Part shown: positions 1-9,367 of the stretch, in pieces
How the letters are laid out: each line of letters starts with the position of its first letter
How positions within the stretch are numbered: the stretch's first letter is position 1
IMG/VR virus record: IMGVR_UViG_3300047409_000125
Location: 1 to 51,484 of that record
Strand: one strand, 5' to 3'
DNA: 51,484 nt
Source of the DNA: a virus
Taxonomy: Duplodnaviria; Caudoviricetes
Made by a program: the position numbers and the translations under genes
Notes under the pieces: generated by a model
Seen by the model: the letters and a program-made list of their open reading frames with translations, nothing else
Told to the model about the DNA's origin: nothing
The model's database searches: none

Positions 1-127
1 ACGCCAAGACCGGTGAAGCCCGGCGTACCGGGAACACCTACGGTGCCGGGAGGGCTTGGACTGAAACCGGTAGCAGTCATGCCGGGAGGTGCAACACCAA
101 CAACGCCGGGAGGGCTTGGACTGAAAC
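1..127. repeat. Terminal overlap, identical to 51358-51484 (circular assembly)
   Basis: The first 127 nt (acgccaagac...ggactgaaac) recur exactly at the window end; 127 is a common assembler k-mer. Confidence 0.95.
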
Positions 128-1322
128 CGGTAGCGGTCATGCTGGCAGGTGGTGCTGGCGGCGGTGCGGGTACGTTCAGCCCGATGTTAGCCGGTGCCGG
201 TGCGAAACTGCCGAACGGCGCGTTATTAAATCCGGTGACGGCAGCGATTGATGGACTTGCTGGTGGTGCCGTAGGCGTTGCTTGCGGTGTTGCTGGCACC
301 CCAAGAATGCCATCAATGACATCTTTCGCCTCTAGTGCCTGCTGCATGGCGATGTTGATTGCTTGCTGTTCAAAAGATTTTGGTGATGTTTCTTCCTGTT
401 GTGCTTCCTTTGCTTCCTTTGCATCTTTCGCATCAATCGCAGCCTGTTGCTCGTCTATGGTCATGCCAAGCAATCCTTGCATATTCTCCTGAACGCTCGT
501 TTCCGGAGCTATCGCAAAACTTGCCTGCTGACCGAACGGGCTTGGCGCATTCACAGTCGGAGCAATGCCAAACAATCCAGTTTGATCGACGCTTATCTGA
601 CTTGGTATGGTTGCTTGCGGTGCAGTGATCGCATTCAAACCTAGTTCTGCATCCATTGATGTTGGCGGTGCCGCAATCGTACCAAAAGGCGATGCCGGTG
701 TACTATGGCTCAATCCCGGCGGTGCGATACCCATCACCGCATTAATAGCGTCCTGTTCAGCCTGCGAGTTGATCGTAGCCTGACTGAGCGCACCGGTATC
801 GTCAAAGCCAAGGTTTACGCCGGGAATGCCAAAGCCTTCGTTGGCACTTGTGAAACCACCGATGTTGCCGAAGCCCATTCCAAGACTACCGGCATCAGTA
901 CCTTGGGCAGCACCTATCGAAGCGTTACCTGTGCCGCTTATTCCGGTTGAACCAATCGACGGTCCAAAACCGAAACCGCCGATGTTACCGACACCAAGTC
1001 CTAAAGTGCCAACGTCGCCATACTGCGATGCCATGGCGTTCAGGGACGCTTGCGCGTCAGCCTGTGCGCTTAGTGCGGACTGACCGATACTCTCGCCACT
1101 AGTGTCATCCTCGCTGGCGTTGTCGCTAACACCGGGAGCGTTGGCATTGTCGCTGACACCAAGACCCGCAGCCGCAGCAGCATTTGCGCCATCGCTGCCA
1201 TCGCCGCCATCGCCGCCGTCGCCGCCATCGCCGCCGTCACCTTCACTGCAATAAAGAAAATTCACGCCATCAATGGCGGCGTGGATTTTCCTCAAGGCAC
1301 CGCAAGGCGGAAACAGCAGCAT
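1..1322 (-). CDS. 5' part of a ~652-aa low-complexity G/P/A-rich putative virion protein that continues across the join into 51357..50721
   Basis: ATG at 1322 (MLLFPPCGALRKIH...EGDGGDGGD...). Translated by hand stop-free to ~420, and in frame with ORF 50721..51437 (1322-80 = 414 codons). Confidence 0.8.
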   Translation of the reverse strand, partial: MLLFPPCGALRKIHAAIDGVNFLYCSEGDGGDGGDGGDGGDGSDGANAAAAAGLGVSDNANAPGVSDNASEDDTSGESIGQSALSAQADAQASLNAMASQYGDVGTLGLGVGNIGGFGFGPSIGSTGISGTGNASIGAAQGTDAGSLGMGFGNIGGFTSANEGFGIPGVNLGFDDTGALSQATINSQAEQDAINAVMGIAPPGLSHSTPASPFGTIAAPPTSMDAELGLNAITAPQATIPSQISVDQTGLFGIAPTVNAPSPFGQQASFAIAPETSVQENMQGLLGMTIDEQQAAIDAKDAKEAKEAQQEETSPKSFEQQAINIAMQQALEAKDVIDGILGVPATPQATPTAPPASPSIAAVTGFNNAPFGSFAPAPANIGLNVPAPPPAPPASMTATGFSPSPPGVVGVAPPGMTATGFSPSPPGTVGVPGTPGFTGLG

Positions 1323-1331
1323 CAGTCATTC

Positions 1332-2087
1332 CTACGGCAAGAGTAGTGCAGAAAAAGCCGGACTTGATCCAGTACTTTGCATAGTGCCTTGAGCACCATA
1401 AGCCCAATAGCGAACGAAGTCGGTTGTCCCATTCATTTGTCCGAAGCAAGTTACTGACTGCCACGTCCATATTTGAGAATTAACCATTCCAAGAACAGTA
1501 TCTGGTCCAGTGTTAGAGAGATCACCATCGTCATTTTTAACAATTGCGATACCTCCGGATGTTCCGCCTGTATTGGGAGAACCACGAACATTGAATGCGT
1601 AGTAACCCGCTTGTTTCGGTGTAAATTTTTTCGTAGCGTTGTCCCAGCCCCCCATCGTATCAACTTGTGGCGTTGCAGTGAGAGGCACAACTCCCCACGC
1701 ACTAGTACTTATTGCCACTTGGCTTTCTTGAGTAATCGCAAATACGAGTGTTGTAGTACCCACTGCTCCATCTCCTCCGTTGCCACCACCACCACTATCA
1801 GTGCTGCCGCCGCTGCCATGAAACAACTCCGGTGTCGCCGGAACGTATGTGGAACCATCCCACAAAAACAACGCACCTTCACTTGAGAAACTAGGATTGG
1901 CTGGTCGAAACCATGCTGTCCCAATTTGATTGGATGCTGGCGCTGTCGCAGAAGTTACGACCCTGAGAAGACCAGCACGGTTAAGTGCTGCCACCACAAA
2001 ATCCAGCCCCGGCATTTCGCCTTTTTCGACACCGCCTGAAACGGCACGCCAGAGACCTACGAAGTCGCTTGGAGGGTTATACGACAT
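1332..2087 (-). CDS. Putative tail fibre/receptor-binding protein with a C1q-like C-terminal domain
   Basis: Gly/Ser linker followed by WDNATKKFTPKQAGYY...MNGTTDFVRYWAY, typical of C1q-like fibre tips. Confidence 0.6.
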   Translation of the reverse strand: MSYNPPSDFVGLWRAVSGGVEKGEMPGLDFVVAALNRAGLLRVVTSATAPASNQIGTAWFRPANPSFSSEGALFLWDGSTYVPATPELFHGSGGSTDSGGGGNGGDGAVGTTTLVFAITQESQVAISTSAWGVVPLTATPQVDTMGGWDNATKKFTPKQAGYYAFNVRGSPNTGGTSGGIAIVKNDDGDLSNTGPDTVLGMVNSQIWTWQSVTCFGQMNGTTDFVRYWAYGAQGTMQSTGSSPAFSALLLP

Positions 2088-2712
2088 GATTGTCTTCCAC
2101 CGTATAGAGGGGGTTAGTCGTCAAGAGAACCAGTTGTCCAGTGCTTGGTACGCCAACCGGTGTCACAGGCTCGCCCGGATTGGCAGTGACCGATAGCGGA
2201 ACAATATATTCGTCCATCAGCCCGACAGCCCACAATCTGGTGCCTGACAAATCTTTTGCATCCGGACCGCTATCCATCAATCCAACTGAACGAACATCAG
2301 ATACCGCAATAACCGGGGTACCGGTATTGCCCGGTCCCTCACCATTCTCAGGCCAGCCGGATACGAGTTTCGGACCCCAGATTTTAAGCTGCATGCCGTA
2401 ATTGTCGTAGCCAGCCCATTGCAGGAAAAAATCACCGGGTCTGCCAAGCGTATTGGCAGGCCCGCTTGGTCCAAACCACTTCATGGAATTTCTGTATTGC
2501 GACGGCACTACCCAGAGATAGTGGCCCCAATCGTCCCTGTCGTTGACCTCGCGTTTTTCAAACAGCTGATAAGTCAGGTTGTCGATATAGAGATCGCCAA
2601 GCACACCAGCTTTCGGGACCGGCGGTCCCCAGCCGCGCAGGATCGAACCATACTGCTTCGATATGTTATCGATGCCCCAGATATTCGAACGGGTGGTTGA
2701 AAACCCACTCAT
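2077..2712 (-). CDS. Virion/tail protein with GxGPP..G..GDxY fibre repeats
   Basis: 211-aa ORF with ILRGWGPPVPKAGVLGDLYID and WFGPSGPANTLGRPGDFF; coupled overlaps. Confidence 0.6.
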   Translation of the reverse strand: MSGFSTTRSNIWGIDNISKQYGSILRGWGPPVPKAGVLGDLYIDNLTYQLFEKREVNDRDDWGHYLWVVPSQYRNSMKWFGPSGPANTLGRPGDFFLQWAGYDNYGMQLKIWGPKLVSGWPENGEGPGNTGTPVIAVSDVRSVGLMDSGPDAKDLSGTRLWAVGLMDEYIVPLSVTANPGEPVTPVGVPSTGQLVLLTTNPLYTVEDNHVV

Positions 2713-3125
2713 GCGTTCGCTCCCGTGTCAGCAGTCCTTGTGACTTGCAGCGCCATCGCAACACCGGTCCCGTCAGTGTTGTTGATGTTGAGAATACGCA
2801 GTCGAACAAATCCGGCGCGATGTATCCTCACGCCTGTCGCAACGACAACATTCTGCCACTGGTCAATCGGCCATGCTTCCGCATGCTTCTGACCGCCGAT
2901 TGATTTCAACTCCAGCAAGACTTGGACTTCCGGTGCAGTCACTTCCTTTGTCACCATCGATGACGCAGCTGACTGAAAATTAATAGACGCGCGAGCTACG
3001 TTGACCGCGCACCAGTCGCCCCGGTTACACGGCAGCCAACCGGTAGCGCCATCGATAGCGTCACAAAAAATTTCGTCATACTGGACGTTGATACGATCAC
3101 CAAAACCGCCCGGACGAAAAAACAT
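2709..3125 (-). CDS. Hypothetical (probable virion) protein
   Basis: 138 aa, ATGA-coupled within the structural operon. Confidence 0.65.
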   Translation of the reverse strand: MFFRPGGFGDRINVQYDEIFCDAIDGATGWLPCNRGDWCAVNVARASINFQSAASSMVTKEVTAPEVQVLLELKSIGGQKHAEAWPIDQWQNVVVATGVRIHRAGFVRLRILNINNTDGTGVAMALQVTRTADTGANA

Positions 3126-3368
3126 TTATTTCTTGCCCCGACTGAAAGCGTTCACGCCTTTACGGAATGTCGTACCGGCTTCACCAGTGCCGACTTTGGC
3201 CTTGGCCAGACGGCGGTTGCCGCTGGAAACATCCAGACTGGGATAGCGATCCAGCTTGCCCTTGGGGAAGCCAGCCGATTTGGGGCCGCACCATTTAGTG
3301 ACGTGCTTGCTCATGTCATCGCCAGCACTATTACCGAAGGCGTTGACGCTATTCTTGAATATCGTCAT
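3126..3368 (-). CDS. Small basic hypothetical protein
   Basis: 80 aa, AAGGA RBS, abuts the next gene. Confidence 0.65.
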   Translation of the reverse strand: MTIFKNSVNAFGNSAGDDMSKHVTKWCGPKSAGFPKGKLDRYPSLDVSSGNRRLAKAKVGTGEAGTTFRKGVNAFSRGKK

Positions 3369-3416
3369 TTCGATTTTTCCTTTATTTTGGCTGGCTTGGC
3401 GAACGCCAGTATAAAC

Positions 3417-3485
3417 GGCTGACCGGGACGGAACAAGCCGGAATGCTTGGCCAGAAGGTAAGTGTCTACACTGGGCCGGTCAGCC
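3417..3485. ncRNA. Candidate structured intergenic element
   Basis: Perfect 10-bp closing stem ggctgaccgg/ccggtcagcc enclosing sub-hairpins caagc/gcttg and agtgt/acact. Confidence 0.35.
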
Positions 3486-3491
3486 AGACGA

Positions 3492-3629
3492 TTATCCCTT
3501 GCGGGTGACCGGGGCTTCGCCTTTTTTCCTTTGGGCATTGAAAATCCTCGCTGCTTTCTTCTTCGCAGGCTTGTCCTTTAAGCCTTCTTTCTTGAACTTG
3601 TCTCGCATCGCTTCATATTTTGCTGGCAT
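3492..3629 (-). CDS. Small Lys-rich protein (MPAKYEAMRDKFKKEG...)
   Basis: 45 aa, AGGA just upstream; start moved from the ORF track. Confidence 0.55.
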   Translation of the reverse strand: MPAKYEAMRDKFKKEGLKDKPAKKKAARIFNAQRKKGEAPVTRKG

Positions 3630-3888
3630 TCCTGAAGTCCTCGTAGGTGAGTGGTGGTTCGCCTTCGAACGTTCGAAGGCGATTTTCGTGATCGAACAAA
3701 ACCAGTTGCTCCGATGTCGGCGGTGGCGGTGGCGGCAGTTCAGGCGGCACGTATGGATCAGGCACGCCGCCGTCCTCGACCCACTTAAGATATTCCACAT
3801 AGTCGCGGTTAGCGGGATCGCTGGGAATGCAGGCACCGTCTGCGGTGCGGATGATGCTGTCAGTGATGGTGAGTTGATAGTCTGCCAT
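3613..3888 (-). CDS. Tail fibre assembly/chaperone-like protein
   Basis: IIRTADGACIPSDPANRDYVEYLKWVEDG motif; directly follows a fibre gene via a TGATG overlap. Confidence 0.65.
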   Translation of the reverse strand: MADYQLTITDSIIRTADGACIPSDPANRDYVEYLKWVEDGGVPDPYVPPELPPPPPPTSEQLVLFDHENRLRTFEGEPPLTYEDFRNASKI

Positions 3889-4919
3889 CAGAGCCTCGCA
3901 CTCAGGGCAAGCCACCCCGCACCAGTGTTTACCGCCATATAAAATCGCCCCGCCGTCAGCCCCGTGAAATTATCAAGATTGTAGGTGCCCGCGTCGCTGG
4001 TGTTGGACAAGGCAGCGATATGCGCGGCGCTTTGGTTATAATTTCCCAGATAGACATCGGTAATCCCGAAGCCACCAACCACTACGCCAGCTGTCGGAGC
4101 ACCACGCATGCCGGGATGCGACGCCCACATTGAAACCGCTGTTGTCGAATAGGCGATCCCGGTCAAAAACTTGGTTAGCTGCCAGTACCGTTTGCACGCC
4201 GCCAGTTCGCTGGCGTAATCCGGCACCATAAACGGCGGCGCTACGGTGCCTTCGGTGAGCGAAACACTGCCAAGCGTGCCCGTATTGAACTCGACGGACA
4301 TCACCGTTCCGTCTGTCTGTCCTGTTATCAGCAGAGGACTGGCTGCATAGGCACCTGCTGGCGTCAACGTATTTACTCCAGCGCGAGCCTGCGCGGTGCC
4401 GGTCCACGCCAATACGTAGCTCCCGCCACCTGTAACCCTGACATCCTCGATTGGCTGTATCAGGGTTTTACCCACCGCAATCGTTATCGTGGTGCTGCTT
4501 GCCGATTGCGTGAAGGAATAATCACCTCCAGCCGCACCCGCTTTCCATTGGTCGTGCCCATACGCAGCAGCGGCAAGCACAGCAGCGGAAACATAACCGC
4601 CTTGATTAATCTGAAACGCACCGTTGATGACGTAATTCTTCTTCGTCACGTCGATGTTGGCGCGGGCCTGCGAACGCTGCGCTGATGTCAGGCTCTGCGC
4701 GGTGTCGTAGCGCACCGCCTGCGCGGCGGCGTCGGAGGGGTGGATATGATCCTCGCGCGCATACTTGACCGACGTGCCGACTGCCGCCGTGCCGTCGATG
4801 ATCGGGGGCGCAGTCGCGGGGCTTGGTATGGGCGTGTTGCTGTTCCACTTTTCGCCATCCCAAATCCAGCCCTGAAAGACTTGGCCGACGGTTGGCGCGT
4901 TCGGGAAATCGAATGCCAT
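3888..4919 (-). CDS. Tail fibre protein
   Basis: FDFPNAPTVGQ..W.WDGEKW N-terminus, AREDHIHP, KNYVINGAFQINQ and ELAACKRYWQ fibre motifs. Confidence 0.8.
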   Translation of the reverse strand: MAFDFPNAPTVGQVFQGWIWDGEKWNSNTPIPSPATAPPIIDGTAAVGTSVKYAREDHIHPSDAAAQAVRYDTAQSLTSAQRSQARANIDVTKKNYVINGAFQINQGGYVSAAVLAAAAYGHDQWKAGAAGGDYSFTQSASSTTITIAVGKTLIQPIEDVRVTGGGSYVLAWTGTAQARAGVNTLTPAGAYAASPLLITGQTDGTVMSVEFNTGTLGSVSLTEGTVAPPFMVPDYASELAACKRYWQLTKFLTGIAYSTTAVSMWASHPGMRGAPTAGVVVGGFGITDVYLGNYNQSAAHIAALSNTSDAGTYNLDNFTGLTAGRFYMAVNTGAGWLALSARL

Positions 4920-4923
4920 GGTG

Positions 4924-7275
4924 CTAGCTCAATGTCACTTGAGGGTCGATGTAGAAAGTCGTGGACGGCTTCGCCGCTCTCACCCGCGCGTGGATGTATC
5001 CGGCAAGCCCCGGCTGTGGCGACGACAGCACGGCGGCGAGCTTGAACGGCGACCAGCTACTGGGCCAGCCCGATGTAAACCCGGACGGCACCGCACCGCT
5101 GAACGCGCTGCCGCCAAAATTGGCGGTCGCGACCTCGCCAGTATTGGAGGCCCAGAACGCTGGGAATTGCGTGCCGGTTATCGTGCTGATGCTGACGCCA
5201 CCCACGCCCGTAGCAGGATTGGCGGTGCCGCTGCCGTTCCAGTTGCCCGACGGAGCGACCCTGAACCAACAGAGGTTGTTGCCGACATCGAGCGCGATGC
5301 CAATGGTATCGCCTGCTGTGCGGGCACCGAGCGTCGAACCCGAAGCGACGTTGTTGACGATGATGGTACCGAGACGAGACATAAACGCAAAACCAAGGTT
5401 GCCGGAACTAAGAGCAGCGGACGCCAACCCGAATCCAACTGAGGTACTAGACTGAGCCCAAGTGCTGACCGTAACCTCCCAGTAGTACTTGCCGGACGCG
5501 AATCCTTCCTTGGCTCGTACCCCGGATGGTGCCGCAGTGTTGGTGGCAGTCAGGTTATTGTTACTCAAAATCATTGCGAGGAGATCAGAAGGGTTCCATG
5601 TCGTAAATGCAGGCATATTCCACGTCGAACCGTCCGACGCTACCGCCGCATTGGCCGCCAGCACGTTCGACTTGGTGGTGGTGACGATGGTGCCGAGCGG
5701 CGTTGCGCTCGATCCAAGATATTCAACTTCGAGCCAGATGTCGTCGTTGTTCGGCAGTGCGCCTGCATTCACCGTGCCGCACACCGTCACCGTGACGTTG
5801 GCACCCGTCACCGCATTCCAGATCGCGTAAGGCTCTGCCTTGAACGGTCGCAGCCATTGCGCGTTCGCCGTGGTAACGATCTTGCGGCTTTGCGCTTGCC
5901 CGGTAGGATCGGACGCGCCGCCGACGCGGGTAATTGAAGTTTCGGTTGTTTCAGTGCCTTCATAGACGTAGCGCGCGGACTTGTAGGATGTGGCGCCGCT
6001 GTCGGCGCGTATGTACTGGACTGTCTGACCGGTGCTCAACGGAGTCGCAAACGTCGCGGAAGCGTTGAGTTTACAGTCCTTGACGACCCAACTACCTTGC
6101 GAAACGTTTGGCATCCCAAAAACAGAAGTAACCTGACTGAGATCAAGCGCCTCAAGTATCACACTGCTCAAGTAGCCGGTGGCAGACTGATTGAATAAAT
6201 TCGTCGGCACCGTCGATCCACTCGCCAGTACCTGTCCAGTGTTGACCCAGGTAAAATTGGCTATGCCAACAAGAATATATTGCCCGGCATTAGCAAACCC
6301 GACTTGACAGTTGTTCCAGATAACGCCCCCCGGAACGGCCTGAAATAAAACTATACCAGACGTGGCATTGGTGGTGGCTAATTTAAAAATACAGTTGTCC
6401 AAGTAGTAGAAAGCATTTTGAGGACCGAGAATAACGCTTGCCGCACCTGATTGTCCGACTCCGGCGATGAATGTCAGCCCGTAAACATAAATTGTTCCAC
6501 CAATAGGATTGAAGCTGAGATTCACCACCCCGGTCGTCGATATTGTCGCAGTGGTTCTCAGATCAGACGACGTTGGTGGATAGCTGCCAGAATGATTATG
6601 GCAAATGATCCTGCCCATCGTCGCTTGGGTCAGCGCGGGCACAATGGTTATGGCCGTCGTCTGGCTCTCCGCGTGGTTGTCACCGACATAGATAGTGTTG
6701 CCCGCCACGAACCATGTGGCGGCGCAGGCACTGGCCAGCCGAGCATGCGGAGCCTGACCTCCGGTCCAGCTCCCGATAGGCCCCAACGACATCCAGACAA
6801 TGGTGCCACTTGCTTCTGTTGTAGTCGTCCCAAGCGTGTCGCTGAAAGCAGGCTCAGAGCCGCCCATCGGAGAGACCGATGCCGCCGTACATAACTGGAA
6901 ACTGACACCGTTGTTGCGCTTGATGATCTGGCCAGCACTGGCAGTGCTGGTTACAGCTTTATACTGCGCCCACGTTGGCGTGTTTGTGGCGTCACCGTTG
7001 AGCGCACATTGACCGGTTACTTCCTGCCATTTTGCCGTGCCGTCCGTGGTAACGGCACCGCGTCCCAGCGACCACGTAGCGTCCGTAGTGTTGGCCGTCG
7101 TTCCTGCCGTATTGCAGATGAATATCCGCTCGCTGCCAACCGCTGGCGCGGTGAACTGCCTGCACAACTGCCCCGCCACCACCGCCGCGTTCTGCGGACG
7201 CAACGGCACGGCGTAGTAGCCGGTGGTGCTCTGGTTGCCCGCGTTGCAGTACCAAACGGTGTCGAAGAAGGCCAT
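4924..7275 (-). CDS. Large tail spike/fibre protein with a beta-rich core and a SPRY/ConA-like domain
   Basis: 783 aa, T/S/G-rich; TWNPSD...LSNNNLTAT...GKYYWEV...GDTIGIALD is SPRY-like. Confidence 0.7.
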   Translation of the reverse strand: MAFFDTVWYCNAGNQSTTGYYAVPLRPQNAAVVAGQLCRQFTAPAVGSERIFICNTAGTTANTTDATWSLGRGAVTTDGTAKWQEVTGQCALNGDATNTPTWAQYKAVTSTASAGQIIKRNNGVSFQLCTAASVSPMGGSEPAFSDTLGTTTTEASGTIVWMSLGPIGSWTGGQAPHARLASACAATWFVAGNTIYVGDNHAESQTTAITIVPALTQATMGRIICHNHSGSYPPTSSDLRTTATISTTGVVNLSFNPIGGTIYVYGLTFIAGVGQSGAASVILGPQNAFYYLDNCIFKLATTNATSGIVLFQAVPGGVIWNNCQVGFANAGQYILVGIANFTWVNTGQVLASGSTVPTNLFNQSATGYLSSVILEALDLSQVTSVFGMPNVSQGSWVVKDCKLNASATFATPLSTGQTVQYIRADSGATSYKSARYVYEGTETTETSITRVGGASDPTGQAQSRKIVTTANAQWLRPFKAEPYAIWNAVTGANVTVTVCGTVNAGALPNNDDIWLEVEYLGSSATPLGTIVTTTKSNVLAANAAVASDGSTWNMPAFTTWNPSDLLAMILSNNNLTATNTAAPSGVRAKEGFASGKYYWEVTVSTWAQSSTSVGFGLASAALSSGNLGFAFMSRLGTIIVNNVASGSTLGARTAGDTIGIALDVGNNLCWFRVAPSGNWNGSGTANPATGVGGVSISTITGTQFPAFWASNTGEVATANFGGSAFSGAVPSGFTSGWPSSWSPFKLAAVLSSPQPGLAGYIHARVRAAKPSTTFYIDPQVTLS

Positions 7276-7276
7276 T

Positions 7277-7573
7277 TCAGAACAGCCCTCCCGCGATGAT
7301 CACCGTGGAAGGCGGACCTGTGGGTCCGACCGCGCCAATCAGAACCCATTGCGTCGAGTTGCCGTCGTTGACAAGGATGAAAAGTTTCCCGGTATCGCTT
7401 TCCCACCAAGTTGAACCTATGGGTGTTGTAGCAATGGATGGGGGTGTGTCGCTGATTAACGTTAAACCTCCAGCGGCAGCAGGCGCTACCAGAAGCCACT
7501 TCTCACCATCCCAAATGTAATTCTGATACACTTGGTTGAGAGTTGGAGAGTTGGGGAAGTCCAAGGCAGCCAT
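7277..7573 (-). CDS. Small fibre adaptor protein
   Basis: Shares LDFPNSPT..WDGEKW with 3888..4919 and WWESDTG..ND.NSTQWV with 7574..8605. Confidence 0.7.
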   Translation of the reverse strand: MAALDFPNSPTLNQVYQNYIWDGEKWLLVAPAAAGGLTLISDTPPSIATTPIGSTWWESDTGKLFILVNDGNSTQWVLIGAVGPTGPPSTVIIAGGLF

Positions 7574-8605
7574 TTAGATTTGCACCCACTGAGATGATGA
7601 TCCGTCATTGTAGCGAAAAAACAGCATGCCGCTGTCGTTCTCGTACCAGAAACTGCCATCAACCGGACTGGCAGGAGCCGTAGCAGATATGACCGCAGCC
7701 GGAAAAATTGTTGGCTTATTAGTGATGCCGTTCCAATCAGTCGTACCGGCAGGACCAGTTGCACCCGCAGGACCGGTAGCGCCGGTAGCACCCGCCGTAC
7801 CGGGAATACCTTGCGGACCTTGTGCGCCAGTCAACCCGGTTGGCCCCGTTGGCCCAGCCGGTCCTTGTGGACCGGCTGGGCCGGGCGTCAAAGCAACATT
7901 CGCGACCGCAGTAGTGACGAACGCTGTCGTTGCGATTGATGTGTCGTTGTCGCCAGCTGTCGGTGTTGGCGCAATTGGATTGCCAGTAAACACAGGTGAA
8001 GCCAGCGGTGCCAGATCAGTAATCTTTTTGCCGCCATCCTTGAGCAAACTGCCATTGGTGTTGGCGTAAGTCGCGATGTCATCGACAACTGACGTTGCTG
8101 GACCGTTGACATTGCCTGAACCAGAACCGCTTGCACCGGGCGGCCCTTGTAGCCCCGGCGGTCCTTGTGGACCGCTGCCAAAAGGTACCCATTGTGTGGA
8201 ATTACTGTCGTTATATTTAAAAAACGAAAGACCGCTGTCGCTTTCAAACCACAAGCTGCTATCTGGCGCACCGACAGGCGGTGTAGTCCCGACCAATACA
8301 GATATGCCGGGCGGTCCTTGCGGACCCGGTGGTCCACCTTCCGGGCCTATCGGACCCTGCGGTCCTACCGGTCCCGGTACTGTGCTGTCGGCACCCTTTG
8401 GTCCTGCCGGTCCAATCGGACCTTGCACGCCTTGCGGACCTTGCGGTCCTTGAACACCTTGAGGGCCTTGCGGACCCGGATCACCTTTCACTCCGATGTT
8501 GGCCAGCCCGTCAATAATCTCCACCATCTCACGGTCAAAATGAACATCGACAGCTTTTACTGTTGACGGGTCAAAATATACGTCGATGGAAGTGATCTGG
8601 TTCAT
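7574..8605 (-). CDS. Collagen-like (Gly-X-Y) fibre protein
   Basis: Extensive GPQ/GPA repeats; [28 protein letters not shown] fibre motif. Confidence 0.85.
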   Translation of the reverse strand: MNQITSIDVYFDPSTVKAVDVHFDREMVEIIDGLANIGVKGDPGPQGPQGVQGPQGPQGVQGPIGPAGPKGADSTVPGPVGPQGPIGPEGGPPGPQGPPGISVLVGTTPPVGAPDSSLWFESDSGLSFFKYNDSNSTQWVPFGSGPQGPPGLQGPPGASGSGSGNVNGPATSVVDDIATYANTNGSLLKDGGKKITDLAPLASPVFTGNPIAPTPTAGDNDTSIATTAFVTTAVANVALTPGPAGPQGPAGPTGPTGLTGAQGPQGIPGTAGATGATGPAGATGPAGTTDWNGITNKPTIFPAAVISATAPASPVDGSFWYENDSGMLFFRYNDGSSSQWVQI

Positions 8606-8970
8606 TTCACGCGAGCCAGTGGTTGGACCACAACATCAGAATGGGTAACATCCTGCGTCACGATTACGTTGCCTCTTAGTACGGTAAAGATATCTCCACT
8701 GGGATAAGTCAGCTGCAAATCCCAGACACCTGTTGCTGGCAGAGTACGGCTTTGAGTTGCCGTCAAACTCATGTCGATGATATTTGACGATACGGTACAC
8801 GTCAGCAGCAACTGAAAAGTGCCGCCAACTGCCTTGTCGCGAATAGTGGCAGTAGCTATCGCACCGGAAAGATCAGCAGGCACAGTTCTCTTGAGATCAG
8901 ACCATAGCTTGAACTGCCAACGCTTGGTGTCGCCCCGATAAATATCAAGGTTGCCGCTACCGGGGTTCAT
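8602..8970 (-). CDS. BppU-like/Ig-fold virion protein
   Basis: NLDIYRGDT...[12 protein letters not shown]...GVWDLQLT pattern; start moved to MNPGSG. Confidence 0.6.
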   Translation of the reverse strand: MNPGSGNLDIYRGDTKRWQFKLWSDLKRTVPADLSGAIATATIRDKAVGGTFQLLLTCTVSSNIIDMSLTATQSRTLPATGVWDLQLTYPSGDIFTVLRGNVIVTQDVTHSDVVVQPLARVK

Positions 8971-8975
8971 GGCAG

Positions 8976-9362
8976 TTACGTTCCTACATAATTGATCGTC
9001 ACTACGTCGCCAGTAACAGTGAAAACCTGAAGCTGGTTTGCACTGGTGGAAACATTGTTGAATGTTGCCGACTGACCTTGCAGATACTTCGTGGCAACGC
9101 CGCCCTGAGTGATCGTAACACCGGCCACTGACGTTGTGATGGTGAGCATCACCGTGGAAAACATGGTGGTGAGACCACACAATGTTCCCAGCTGCGCCGT
9201 TGACGTGTTACCGGCCACGCCAGTCAGCGTGGCCGTTCCGGTTTTCTGTGTCGGCGTCACCGCAGTTGTCATGTCAGCCGACATGAACCGCGACTGTCCC
9301 AAATCAACAGCCGCAGCCATTTTCGAGTTCGGAAACTGGTTAAGGATATCAACGCCAGCCAT
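8976..9362 (-). CDS. Virion protein; N-terminus paralogous to 42549..43403
   Basis: FPNSKMAAAVDLGQSRFMSAD vs FPNSKMAAAAQLGQSRFVSGD. Confidence 0.7.
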   Translation of the reverse strand: MAGVDILNQFPNSKMAAAVDLGQSRFMSADMTTAVTPTQKTGTATLTGVAGNTSTAQLGTLCGLTTMFSTVMLTITTSVAGVTITQGGVATKYLQGQSATFNNVSTSANQLQVFTVTGDVVTINYVGT

Positions 9363-9367
9363 GTCTG

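Noticed and set aside
1-127. Biological direct terminal repeat
   Set aside because: It falls mid-gene and its length equals a standard assembler k-mer
3417-3485. tRNA gene
   Set aside because: No T-arm GTTCRA or D-arm consensus, and no canonical cloverleaf
3888-7573. Diversity-generating retroelement acting on fibre genes
   Set aside because: No reverse transcriptase and no adenine-only TR/VR pair noticed
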